A DNA stretch of 64,000 nucleotides from Lama guanicoe (lineage: Eukaryota), in contig MU053881.1 in NCBI GenBank assembly GCA_013239625.1, positions 4,485,957 to 4,549,956 on the forward strand, written 5' to 3'. How positions within the stretch are numbered: the first letter of the stretch is position 1; each line of letters begins with the position of its first letter. Shown piece by piece: positions 38,146 through 50,807 of the stretch. The notes beneath the pieces were generated by a model that ran no database searches, was not told the DNA's origin, and worked only from the letters and a program-made list of their open reading frames with translations. The position numbers and the translations under genes were made by a program.

Positions 38146-41100
38146 GCGAAGCCTCAACGAGTCCTTAGACCCCAGTGTGCAGAGCAAGCCTTTCCCCCTG
38201 CCTGTGCCATTCCTGTGCACAACACGTGACTTAGTGGCAGGGAAGGACTGGTAGGCTTGCCTCAGAACTGCCATCGTCCTGTAGGTAGAGCTGGGCGCGG
38301 GCAAGGCGTCCTCTCTTCCCCTGGACCATCGCTGATGCTGGTCTTTAATTAAGGGTCGTACACGCTGTCAGTGTTTCTCAGACTTGAGTTTGCAGAACTG
38401 TCTCCTAGGGATTTTAGCGGGGAAGATGCGTATTCTGACTGAGAAGTTCTCGGGAGACCTGAAAGTGTTTCTCTCAAGTTCCAGGTGGTGGAGGCACTGC
38501 TGACCATCGGCATTTTGCATCTCAAGCTTTGGATGGTCAAAAGTGACTTCAAACTAAGAGTCTTCGGTTCTTAGTTGAGTCTGCTTCTGGATACTGTTGC
38601 TCGAACTTTAACCTGCGTAGACTTCCACCTTTACCATCAGTACCTGTAAACGAGGCCTGCGCTGCCATATCCAGCAAGGCGTTTGAGCAGCATGTGCCCT
38701 CATTTTAAAGCAAGCCGGCCACGTGTTCAGGGCAGTGGCAGTTAACGTCCAGGGTGTGTTCTTTTTCCAGCTGAAACAGGTTGCTGTACTTTTCAGTTTG
38801 GGAGTCAGTAACCAGGTCCTCAGCACCCAGAGGAGGGCCCCCCTAGTCCTCACTCCCCTGAAAGGTAAGCACAGGGTGACCAGTCTTACCAGCCATGCTT
38901 TGCAAAGAAGCTCCTCACACTGGTACCCCCTCTTCAAGACCATGAGAGGCGTCTGCTCCAGGAGGGAGGTCTCAGCAGAGCCCCTCTGTCAACCCGGCCA
39001 AAATCCTGTGCATCCAACATGACCTCAGCCCAGTGCTGGAGAGGGCGGGATAGAGCGACCCAGAGAAGGCTGCATCCTTCTGCCCCCAAGTGCCCAGCTG
39101 ACTTATGCTGGGTGTACTTTTTGGCAGACAGTTTTCGGTCCACCTCAGTTCTCTCTTTTCCGTTACTAGAGAAGCGTGTACCGGTTGATGAGAAATACCC
39201 TCATTTCCACCGAATGTTAAATGTGCATGACACCAAGGATCACTGTTCTTTTTCATCACTGTTACATCCACTAAAAGTAAACATAGGCTAGAGATAATTT
39301 TTTCAAATGAAACCATCGGATTACAGAGGTAACTGAACACATCACTACTGTTGAGACAGAAGGACTGACTTTGGCTCTTAGCTGAACCAAGTTGAAATGG
39401 AAGCGGTGCCCATATTCCCTTGAACAATTGTAGTCTAGCCGGCAGGCCGGGTAAGCGAGGTGAGACAGGGCACTAGAGGGGCTGGGAAGGCCGCACCAGC
39501 TCTGCCCGCTCCGGAACCCGCCACCAGCTAAGCCTGCCGGCATCCTCAGCGCAGTCCTGGTGCCTGGGTGTCAGGTTAGGCGCGCAGAGCCTGAGATAAG
39601 GTAGGAGACGTCCTCCCTGAGGAAGGTGAGGCCACCTAAACAGCCTTGCTGCATTCACTCCTAAGCAAGAAACCAGTCGTCCCAGTCTGCAAGGCTTCTC
39701 TCCCTGTAGTTGGAAAAATCACTGCCATTTGCAGAAGCCTCGTGAAGCGCAGAACTGACCTCTGTAAGACATTCACAGATGCTGCCAATGAGAAACCATC
39801 GAGGCCTTGGAGTTAGAGTCACGATGACTTTAAGAACCCCATGCTCATTTTTGGAGTCCAGTCCTTTTGCCTGGGGCGGCGTCCACAGTTGCTCCCGGAG
39901 ACTGTCGCCCCAGGATGTTTCCAGTTAATGGGCCTAAGTGCTTGATCAGAGTTGCCAGCCCACCCTGTCCGCCCAGTCACGACTGATTAACTCCTTCTTG
40001 GCTTGTAGTGAAGTTTGTTCAGATTTTCAGGCTGCTTCTGCCGTTTAACCTTTAATTTGTTTCTGTTTTACTCATCAAGGCACGTAGGGGTCCCCATATC
40101 ACCCACTAGCGCTGAGGGCTGAATAAACACTGGCAGACTGAGTGCTTCCGACAGCATCGTCCCCCAACCTACATCGTCACCCATCAGCCTCAAATTGTTA
40201 GAAATGCAGCCCTGACCCCAGACCTCCCGACTCAGAGACCTGGGGACGGGGCAACAAGTTTTCCAGATGATTCCGACACACGTTAAAAATCATTTTCACT
40301 TAACGAAACCTTTTTGGAAAGTTGGTGATGCTGACTGTTAATGACAGTTTATTAGTGGGTAAACATAGTGTCTGATGGATAAAATCAGTGTCTCTTCTAA
40401 CAGCCCCTGAGGAGCAAGACTATCATCTCTCGCTCTCCCCCCCCCCTTTTTTTTTCCAGTTGTCCCATTAGTCCCTTGCAAGGACTGTGCATTTGGCCAT
40501 TTTGACTGAGAGGTGTCGGCATGTAGTTTAAAGCTCCTAAGCTTTCAAAAGCTATAAGCAGTCTTGAAAGTGAGTTCACTAAGCAGCTCAGAACTTCGGC
40601 AGGAACTCTGCAGAAAGGCCTTCAGCGGTTACTAAAGATAGAGGAGAGAGGTCTGTGGGGTCCTGGCGAAGGTCAGGGCCCTGCCTGTGCCCGAGGCCGG
40701 CGCTGAGGCTGGACGTGAGAATTGCGCCTGGATCAGCGCTGGCAGGCAGCCAGGCCCTGCCTCCCTTGGCTGCCCTGCGGCTGCTGCTGCTGGGGTGGGA
40801 AACAGACAGGAAAAGCTGGCGCGGGCGAGCTTGCTTTGGCACCGTGCACTGCGCCCTGTCCATCACCTTACCCGTGGAGGAGCCAGGTCAGCTTTTACGG
40901 TCGCATCACTGGGGATGGGCTCAGCTCCAAGGCCATGCGGTAATAATTACCCATCCTCTCAAACGGGCCACGCCACCTGCAACCTAGCCAGCCTTTCTGA
41001 CTCCAGTCTCCAAGCTCCCGTTTGGCCGTCCTTCCTGAAACACTGCTTTCATCAAGTATCTCCCTCCCTCACAACCTTTGAAAGGAAGAAGTAAGTGAAC

Positions 41101-42002
41101 CAGGCGCCTGCTTCGTTTCATTCTCATGAGCCTATTAGGTGGGATCTAGCCCCCCTCTTATGGATGAGGAAACCGAGACTCGGGGGCGAGGAAGCGTCTG
41201 TCTTATTACACAGCTTTTAAGTAGGGAAGCAAGGTTTGAACCTAAGCCTCTTGAATTCAAAACCCACAATTGCCCATCCACCCTCTCTGCTGCTCTGCCT
41301 CCCTGTTACTTAACAGAACAAGATCAAGCTTGTCAGTCCTCCAGGGTCCACCCTCCATTCCAAAGGTGGGCCAAAATCAAACCAGCTTGGCCTCCTCCAC
41401 CTCAACAACACACACCCTTAGTTCCAGCCAGCCTCTGCTCCCCTCACTCCGGCTTATGTCACAGGGCAGAGTTTGCAAACTGACAGGTTCCTCTGCTGTC
41501 ACCGTGTGGGACGTGCAGGAGCCACTGGCTGGCTTCACCCGTTTCCATCACCCTGCTGGCCCCTGCAGACATGTGAGTTGGAAATACTTGCCCTAGGAAG
41601 TCACTGTCTCGTGATTACTTGAGGTTATTCAAAAACATCTCTTCAGCTGGGTGGCCAAATCTTCCAAACTTTAATTTTTCCATAAGAGAGCAAGTTTTTA
41701 AGCTACCTGAGTTGGGTTCTAGAATCTTCAAGATGGAAAGGGAGCCTGAGGTGCCCTCAGGTCCCCATCTGAGGGTCCAGACAGAACCACCCGAGGATGC
41801 ATGGAGGCCACACACAGGATGTAGACACAATGGAGAGGTGGGCGCGAGGTACGGCGAGGAAGTAGACTGGGAAACCAGCACCCGGTGCCCTTGGAAGCCT
41901 CTCGGGGGCACCCCAACTGGCAGTCTCCCCAAGCCAAGGCCAGAAGACGGCCTGTCTGTGTAGCTGATCAACGTATGTAGCTTAAAATTTTGTAAATGGG
42001 AG

Positions 42003-42536
42003 TGCGGGCTAGCGGAATACACTACCCCAGTATATGACCGCGGGAGCTGAGGGAACACCGTCCCGAAATAAGCTGCTCCGGCACCTGGATTACTGTGAGC
42101 TGTTGGCGCTTGGAAAACAGCAAACTCAGGGAGAGGCTTTCTCTGAACTCCTCCCAAAGGGACTCAGTTGTCAGATTCCCCTCCCTGGGGTTTCACCGAC
42201 CAGAGAAGACTGACTCTCATCACAGGGGAGGAGCTTAGCGGCTGACTCTCATCACACACGCACACCTCCCGCAAGTGCCCGTTCACCTTTCCTAAAAACC
42301 ATTTTCTCTCCCCTCCGAGGCCTACATCCTCTCCCCCGTCTCCCTATTAAGATGGTATTTAAAGCTTGAATTCTAAGCCACCTCGGGGAGTAACTGATTT
42401 TTTCCCTAAGTATCTCTCACGTATCCACGAGGTATACATGGTCATAAACTTCTTTTTCTCTTGTTAATCTTTTATTATAGGAGCCGCAGCTAAGAACTCA
42501 GAAAAGTAGAGGGGAAATTATTTTCTGTCTCCTACA
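42003..42536 (+). mobile_element. MER34/MER39-like ERV1 solo LTR
   Basis: Starts TG...GGAATACACTACCCCAGTATATG and ends GGAAATTATTTTCTGTCTCCTACA. 4-bp TSD GGAG/AGAG. Confidence 0.75.
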
Positions 42537-43283
42537 AGAGCAATAGATTGAATATAGTAGAAGTTAAACAATGACCAGAGAGGCCGAACGCGGCAAGGTT
42601 TATCCAGCACTTCGAAAACAGCCCATTTGAGTCTCTATAAAGGCAATTCGGGGGGGTGGGGTGCGGGGTCAGGGCAGGGGGAGGCCATCAGATTCAGCCT
42701 GGCCTGGGGCCTTAACAACACGGCCGTCCCCACGACAGGCATAGGAGCTCACAGGCGGTGCGCCAGGTAACGGCTCGGGCTTTGGATGCTGACTGCCAGC
42801 TGGCGCTGCAGCTGCGTTCGTGTCGGTGGGTTAGGTTCCTGCTGCGGTGAGCGATGAAAGCAAACACCCAAATCTCACCCGCCTGACACAAGTCTCCCCC
42901 TCGCACAGCAGGGCTGCGATCCCGGCGATGCTCCCGGGCGACTGCTCCTCCTGCAGCAATTGAGTGCCCAGAACCCCAAGACCCCTTCTACTGGAGCCCA
43001 GCAGAGGAGGAGGGAGGCGGGAGGTCTCACCGAGGGACGGAATGATTTGGCCTGTGAGTGGCACCTGTCACGCTCGCTCACAGCCCATTGGCCAGAACCA
43101 GGCACGTGCCCTCCCCTCGCTGCGAGGGGACAGACGGGTATAAGCCACTCACGTGCCCCGCAGGAGAGGAGAACCAGGTAGGAGGCTACCGCAGCGTGCC
43201 CTCTTACACCAAACACCCGTGATGTGGGGAAGGGCCATGGCAAGTGTCCGAGCTGAGAATCTGTTCGGCTCCAAAGCCGAGCT

Positions 43284-43653
43284 TTTTTTTTCCCCCTCCA
43301 ATTACTTTTATTGTGGAAAAATACACATTTCACAAAATTTACGATCTTACCCATCTTTTCAGTGACATTAAGTAATTCATATTGGTATGCAGACATCACC
43401 ACCATCCATCCCCAGAATTTTTCATCTTCCCCAGTTGAAACTCTGTACCCATTAAACACTCACCCGCTCCCATCTCTTCCCCTCGCCCCTGTCAACCACC
43501 GTTCTATTTTCTGTCTCTGTTTGGCTCCTCTAGGAACCTCACAGAAGTGGAACCATACAGTATCTGTCCTTTCATGACCGGCTTAATTCACTTAGCAAAA
43601 TGTCCTCAAGGCTTTTCCATGTTGTAGCGCACGTCAGAATTTCCGTCCTTTTT
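43284..43653 (-). mobile_element. L1MB-like 3' end (antisense)
   Basis: T-rich start, TTTTATTGTGGAAAAATACAC...GAAACTCTGTACCCATTAAAC...TTCACTTAGCAAAATGTCCTCAAGG. Confidence 0.8.
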
Positions 43654-43935
43654 ACACAAATGAACTTCTCTACAAAACAGAAACAGACTCACAGACATAG
43701 AAAACAAACTTATGGTTACCAACGGGTAAAGGCGGTGGGAAGGGATAAATTGGGAATTCGAAAATTGTACCTTTTTAGGGGAGAGAGAGAAATGTGAGCT
43801 GTCTTGATTGTGGTGCTGGTCTCATGGGTGTTTACGTCTGTCAGAATTCATCAAATCGTACATCTGAAATACATGTAGTTTACGGTACAGGAACCATTCC
43901 ACAATAAAGGTGTTTAAAAATTAAAAATAAATAAT
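43654..43935 (+). mobile_element. L1 fragments (younger 3' UTR piece followed by an old L1M terminus)
   Basis: ACAAATGAACTT...CAGACTCACAGACATAGAAAACAAACTTATGGTTACC, then CTTGATTGTGGTG...CACAATAAAG. Confidence 0.7.
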
Positions 43936-44074
43936 GATAAAACATTTTTAAATTCTATCCTTTTTTAAGATAGTATTATTCCAAAGCATTTACACAGCAC
44001 ATTTTGCAAAGATGAGCTTTGAACCACTTAACAACACTTAACAAAGATGCCTGACCTTAGCAGATGTTTAATGA

Positions 44075-45030
44075 ATTTTTTTGTCTTTTCCTCTAGAAAT
44101 AATTTCAAACTTACAGAAGAGTTGCAAGAATAGTGCAAATAACTCTTTTTCCTGAACCGTTTGAGGGCAGTTGTTGACCTGACGCCCCTTCACCCCCAGG
44201 CACTCTAACGTGTACGTCCTGCAGTTGAGGACAATATCTCCTCCACAGCCCCAGTAAGAGCATCAGGAAATTAACATTAAAACATCACTTCCGTTAATCC
44301 GCAGGCCTGAAGTTTTGCCAGCTGTCCCCATTCTATCCTTTCCAGCGAAAGGATTCTGTTTAGAATCATAGGCTACCTTTAGTGGTCACAGCTCTCGGGT
44401 CTCCGTCAACCTGGAATAGTCCTCTCTGAAGACTATAGGTCAGATCTTTTGCAGCGCGGTCCTTAAGCTGGGTTTGTCTGACGATGCCTCATGGTTAGAT
44501 TCAGATTCTGTACCTTTGGCGGGAGTATCTCAGAAGGAATGCCACGTTCTTTTCATGGCCTCCTGTCAGACACAGGATGGAGATTTGTCCCTTTGCTGGT
44601 GACATTCACCTGGATCACTTGATTAAAGACGTGTCTGCCAGATTACTGTTTTGTCCCTTTGTAATTAATTCATATCGCGTGGGGAGGTACTTTAGGACTT
44701 TGTAAATATTCTGCTCTTTGTCCAATGTTCACACCTATGGATGTTTCCCAGGTGAACCAAGTATCACTGTGATGACAGCCACTTGGATGCTCAGATCGTC
44801 CCAGATGTGGCCAGTGGGTGGTCCTTCACTTTTGTGAAGTTGGCTTTGTGTCCATCTCTCTTTGGGCACTTCCTTACTTTCTGGCACACGGAGATGCCCC
44901 AGGCTCATCGCGTACTTTCCCTGCCCCCATCTTGGAATCTGCTGTTTTCCCAAGGAGCCTACATTCCGTTGGCTGGTATTTAAAAATCAAGTCTAGGTGC
45001 TAGGTGTGCCACAGCTCCCAGGTCCTCTCG
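44075..45030 (-). mobile_element. L1MC4/5-like 3' region (antisense)
   Basis: AAATAATTTCAAACTTACAGAAGAGTTGCAAGAATAGT, ATCACTTGATTAA and GATGCTCAGATCGTCCCAGATGTGGCCAGTGGG. Confidence 0.7.
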
Positions 45031-45632
45031 GGGTTCATTCTAGTTTCCTTCCTTCAACTGCAATTATTTTTCTACCGTTCTTCCATTAGCGTTGGATCAG
45101 TACCACTATTCAGAACCCATCTCCCATCGCCGTCACCACCTCAAACCCCCTAGATGCCCCTCACCGCGTTCTGGCTCCGACACCTCACTCTGATCCTCTG
45201 CCCCCGTTCTCCCATCTCCATGGACGCTTACCTTACTCAGCCCCACCTGGTGGCTCCGTGACTATTTGCAGACATTTGACCTGACCCCTACTTCAAGGTC
45301 CTACAGTATGAGCTAACAACTCCTTCCTGAGAAGGAACAGCACAGGGGCGGTGACAATGAAGAGGTGCAATGACTGAAGCAGTGAATCGAATCCACACCA
45401 CGTGACAGCCCCTGCCCAGTGGAGCCGGTGGCTTCAGGCTTGTCTACAAGAGCAGACAGTGGGGTCACCTCCTGGATGGTGTGGTACAGCAGGGAGCAGG
45501 CTCTGGGGTCCAGCGAGCGCTTTGTTGTCCTCTGTTTATGCTGTCTTATCATCCCCACCTGCCCCATCTGCTTTTTGGGTCCCCTTGCTGTGGTTCAGTG
45601 TCATCCATATGGGTGGCAGGCTGCCCGTCTTT

Positions 45633-45810
45633 CGTTTCTTTTAATTGAAGTATAGTCTATTTACAATGTTGTGTTAGTTTCCAGCGTACAGCATAGTGAT
45701 TCAGTTATATATATACATACATTCCTTTCCATATTCTTTTTCATTATAGGTTATCCCAAGATACTGAATTTAGTCCCTTGTGCTATTCTGCAGGACCTTG
45801 TTTAACTATT
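45633..45810 (-). mobile_element. Short L1 3' UTR insertion with 11-bp TSD
   Basis: TTTTAATTGAAGTATAG...ACAGCATAGTGATTCAG. TSD TGCCCGTCTTT (45622-45632) / TGCCCATCTTT (45811-45821), one CpG-type mismatch. Confidence 0.88.
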
Positions 45811-48800
45811 TGCCCATCTTTGTGATGCCTGCCCAGGGCTTACGCCTCATCACCCAGTTTAGACCACCTGGAGCATACCCACCACATCTGGTGGAAGTCC
45901 ACAGGCTGTGGGAACTAACAGAAACTTATTTATATTCCATAAGTTATTAATAAGCTAGAATTTTACTGGTTTCCATTCCAAGCACAAATCTCTCCATAAA
46001 CGCCTGGCAAGGGTGGATGAAAACACAGAGAACATTATGGGATGAAATCTCCATAAGAGGACTATTGTGTCACGTCATTCCACTTCCCCTCGTTAAGTCT
46101 GCCCGGGGAACATCTTGTGGTTTGCAGTTGTAAAACGAGTCCCACGTGACCTGGAGATCCAGGACCACTTCTCTCCTGCCTTGGCCCAGCCTCCCGCCTC
46201 CTTACCCGTCCCCGGGGAGAGGTTTGCACAGTTGACGCTGGTAAAGTGGCCCTGTATGATCAGCAGAGCCCCCAGCGACCCCACACCCTGACACAGAACT
46301 CCAGGGAGCCGAGCTGGACCACACCGGGGCTGTGTTTGCCCCAGCCAGTTCTCGGATGGCACGGCCTTGAACCGAAGCCAACTCTAAGAAGGCAGCTCCG
46401 CCTGCTTCCCTGTGCCACACTCAAGCCTTGGAACTTGTCGCTCCAAGAAGACACAGGCCTCTCCCGCCTGAGGCAGAGGAAGAGAGGGAGAAAGATGGAC
46501 AGCAGGAGGCACATGGGCTAAGTCCTGGAGCAATGTGGGGGTCCCACTATCCACTAACACATCCATCCGTGAGGAGTGACACAGCCACACCCTCGAGGGC
46601 CAGGGTCTCCTCACTCACCCGAGACCTCAGTTATCCGGCAGCTTTCTTGTTCTGTGGGCTCTGAGACACAGCACTCCACTCCCGGCCAGGCTCCGAGGGG
46701 ATAGGAAAGGGACGGGACGGAACTAGGAAAGGAATAGGAACAGGAGAGGAAGCAGCAACCAAGAGGAACCTCTGAAACACTCACCTCACTGAATTCACCC
46801 CTTTCCATCATTTGCCAAATGAGATGGTGCCTGCTGCGCACCGGTCCACGCAGGGCACGTAGTAAGTGCTCATTAAATACTGTCATTGGTCCAAGTAGCA
46901 ACAGAAGCAGTAGGCTTTGTTGTTGCTGATGACTCATTTGACCATCAAAACACCCCAGGATGCAGAGCAACCACCATCCCCACCATTTAACAGAGGGGAA
47001 AACTGAAGCCCAAGGCTGTGAAGTCACCTGGTTGCCGGCCGGCCTGAGGGCAGCAGAGCCGGGGCAAGGGTTTGTCTTCTGCAGAACCGGGGAGCCCAGC
47101 TCAAGTCGTGGAACAAAGCAGGATCCAAAAGCTGGAGGGGAAGGGAAAGGAGAGCTGGGAAGCTGGGAAGTGTGGGGTGGACGCAGCATGGGAGAGAGGA
47201 GAGGAGAGCTGGGGGGTGCGGGGGAAGGCGGGTCCTCTGCAGACTGGAGGGGGTGCCGCAAGGAGGAGGCAGCGGCGACCAGTCTGGGCTCTGGGGTGAA
47301 ACCCACCTGGTTAATGCACCGCGTGGACCCCTCAGGAGCCAGGTGGCCAGAAGTCCTCCTAACTCTCTGAGACTCCATTTCCTCACCAGGGAATGGTGGT
47401 TCCTACTTCAAGGAGCTGTTGAGGGGATTAATAAGGTAACACCCAGTGCGCAGCAATCAGTCATCACTCAACCCAGCTGCGGTTATCAGAGAGCCGCCGC
47501 GAGATGGGAGATGCTCCAGGAGAGGGATCCAGCGAGACTCCCCTGGGCAACAGGTCAGGAGGGAAACACTACGCGGCGTTTTCCCACAGGAAACGTTTCC
47601 ATCAGAAGAGAGCTTCCTGGCCCACCTGCCAGGCTCCTTCTCTCACAATTTGGAGGAACTGAGTGATGTGCCCCAGCTGTGTTAACTTCCTACCTGGGCG
47701 ATCAAGGGCAAGTGGCTGGTCCTCTCTGAACATCAGTCTCCTCTCCTGTAAAATTGCCTTGAGGACTAGAGAAAACCTTTAAACAGAAACTAGTCATGTG
47801 AGTTTTACCCGGGGAGGCAAAATAACCAAGCTGGAGAGAGCACAGACTTCTGACTTCAGAGAGATCAGGCCTCAAATCTCAGCTCCCCCAAAGACTAGCT
47901 GAGCATCCCAGGACAGGTTTCTCAGCCTCTCTGTTTCCTCCTCCGTGTGGAGTAAATTACTGAGACGATGCACGTGAAGACTGAGGACAGTCTGGTAATG
48001 TTGTAAGGACTTAAAAAACCATTACTGCGATTTTTCCTGCCTGTTTCACTCTCAGCTTGAACCGGATCCTGGCCTGACCTTGCCTCCTATCTTGCCCTGT
48101 TTTTGCCCCCAGTTTTCCAGCCAAGTGTGGCCTGAAAGCTGTTTTTGTGGGGCAGCCACCCAGGCCCAACCACAGTGTTGGGCTCATCGGTGCCACCGCT
48201 ATAAACAGACGGAGGTGGTGTAGGTAAACACTCGCTCCCGGCGGGCCCCGGGTGCCACCAGCCTCGAAGGAGGTCAGCTAGAGGGTGGCAGCCTGGTTTG
48301 ATGGAAATAACACCTAAGCCCAGGGACCAGGCAGGCCACGAAAGACCCTCGGCCAGGCAGGGCACAAGTGGGGTGCTGTGTCCCCAGCTTGTGTCTCACT
48401 GCCCCAGCTGGGCCCGCCATCACCCCGCCCCTCCCCAGAGCCAACATCTGCCTGTCAGCATCCCCGGCTGAGCGCACATCCCAGGTGCCTTACAGACAGC
48501 ATCTCGTGAACACCCTCACCCTGCAACGTGATCGGTGCCATCACTGACAAAGAAGCCGAGTCTCAGTAAAGCGACCAGCCCTGAACCATAAAGCTGGAGA
48601 GACGAAGGGAATCAGAATCCAAGTCTGGCTCCAAACCCCGGCTTTCACCCTGCTCCCCGCTGGAAAGTCACTTCTGCCTGCCCCGGGGTCAGCCTCCGCA
48701 GCTCTCAGGCTCTGCTCCCCCTTCTTTTGCCAGCACCAAGCACACACCAGCACCCCAAGTGCAACATGCCTGATTGCTGAACGGCTCTACAAACAGGTAT

Positions 48801-49505
48801 AGAAACGAGAGCCCAAGGGGAGAAGGCTCTGCGGGAGAAGGGCGTGAACAGAGCACGCACTGCTTGCTGAGCCCTCATCCATTTCACCCTCAAAACCACC
48901 TGATCGGTCAGTGGCCTGATTCTCATTTTACAACTGAAGAAACGGAGGCTAGAGGTTAATTAAGGTGCCCAAGGATCGCATCACTCTTTAGTGGCAGGGC
49001 TGAGTGTGGACGCGGGCTGAGATGCTGACGTGCCGAGGACCACAGGTGCCTCCCCTCTGTGGGGCCGCCGCCCTGCGTGGACCTGGCACAGCCTGGGTGA
49101 CCCCCATGAGTCTGGGCAATGAATAGACACCCAGGCAAACAGATTGCTACTTAGGCTCCTTGAGCTTCCAGAAGCAGAGTATAGGGCCTACCCCATCTTC
49201 CAGGTCAGGCAAGTAAGGCTCCAAGAGAGTAAATAAGTCAGTGGGTGGTGGCACCGTGATTGACCCCAGACGGCCTGGCTCCAGACCTGAGCAAAAAGGA
49301 CCCCTACCCCAGGCATGCACTTTAGAGGCCCCTGCTCTGGCCCTCCTCTGGCCGTGCGCCTCCCACACGGCGAGGGATGTGCCCATCTGGCTCCTATGTC
49401 CTGCCAACTTGTAGACCAGGCCCTGGGTGCTCTGTATCCCAGAATTCCCTCCCCAGTGGCTCTGCCAGGCAGGACCAGAGTGACCCTGATCAAAGTATAC
49501 TGGAA

Positions 49506-49595
49506 GGGGAGGGAGGGCACAGCTCAGTGGTAAAGCACATGCTTAGCATGCATGACATCCTAGGTTCAATCCCCGGTACCTCCATTTAAAAAAAA
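49506..49595 (+). mobile_element. Camelid-type (Vic-1-like) tRNA-derived SINE
   Basis: G-rich head, Pol III A box AGCTCAGTGGT, B box GGTTCAATCCC and poly(A). TSD AAAGTATACTGGAA (49492-49505) / AAAGTATTTTGGAA (49596-49609). Confidence 0.85.
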
Positions 49596-49647
49596 AAAGT
49601 ATTTTGGAAAGATGGATGTGGATGGAGGACACCACAGAGAAACTAAC

Positions 49648-50029
49648 TGTATTTGTCTGCTTCGGCTGCAATTACAAAATACCATGGACTGGCCAGCTTA
49701 AACCACAGAAATTTCTTTTGCTCACGTTCTGGAGGCTGGAAGTCCAAGGTCAGCATGCTAGCCTGGTCAGGTTCTGGTGAGATCTCTCTTCCTGGCCCCC
49801 GATGGCCACCTTCTTGCCATGTCCTCATGTGGCAGAGAGAGAGATCAGCTCACAAGCTCTGTGGTTTCTTGTGAGGACACCAGTTCCATGGGACTCCAAT
49901 TCAGTGGTGCCCAGCCTAACCCTCATTACTTCCCTAAGGGCCCTGTCTCCAAACACAGTCATGCTGGGGGGCAAGGCTTCAACATATACATTTAGAGGGA
50001 GGGGAGGACAGAAACGCTCAGCCCATAAT
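49648..50029 (-). mobile_element. MLT1A-like MaLR LTR
   Basis: TGTATTTGTCTGCTTCGGCTGCAATTACAAAATACCA...TTCTGGAGGCTGGAAGTCCAAGGTCA...GCTTCAACATAT...TCAGCCCATAA. Confidence 0.85.
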
Positions 50030-50807
50030 GCTTACCAAGAAAAACATGGGAAGCCAGGAGGTGAATGTTTCAGGTTCAACACGTAAAAGCTGGTGGAAGC
50101 TGCCCAGAGTCTCATCTGGGGGAATCATGTCTGAACATGAGCCAAGAGGGCCACCGTTGGAGCCCAAGGGCAGGACAGCACAGCAGAAACAGCAGATTCG
50201 GAAGAGCAAGGACCACCCCACAGTGTCCACAGGGCTGTGCAGGACTGGTGCTCAACAGTGCCCCTTGTGGTGCAGAGATGCAAGTGCAATAGAGGGCTGT
50301 TGGCTGGTTCTCCCTGCATCTGTTTCAGAAGCAGGACTAAGGCCCTGGGGTCTTTGGAAAATTCAAAAGCAAGATAATAAACTTTATAATAGTGGAGTTT
50401 GAGGTGGAGGGAAGAGTCAAGTGATTAGTTAGGAAAAAAGACATATGACCAGATTCATTTTGGGTATAGGGCATACCAGTTCCTCAGGAAAGGAATGCTT
50501 CCACACAGCTGTTAAGCCACTTGGTAATAAATGGTTTTCAGCTGTTCAGATTGGCTAACTTTTAAATATATTCATGATATGAAGAGCATAGGCATACCTA
50601 AATATCCACAGAACATTGCCCGGGACTTTGATGGTTCTTTCATAAAATAAAATGCTTCAAACACTTTTTAAAAGTGAAAATCCAAGGCAGAACCATGGTT
50701 TAAGGTCTAACTGTGGTAAATTACCATGTTCAGGTTTGGGGAAACACTGGGATCTTTTAAACCAGATCAATAATCTGTTGAAACGTATTTTTTTTTTTAA
50801 GCAATGG

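Noticed and set aside
46611..47378. 255-aa minus-strand ORF
   Set aside because: Runs through MIR remnants and low-complexity purine/pyrimidine tracts; no protein-like homology seen.
49506..49585. Possible tRNA gene (A and B boxes)
   Set aside because: The poly(A) tail, TSD and G-rich head indicate a SINE rather than a tRNA gene.
50030..50645. Possible additional LTR between MLT1A and the L1 block
   Set aside because: Looks repeat-derived, but I cannot assign a family, ends or TSD with confidence.
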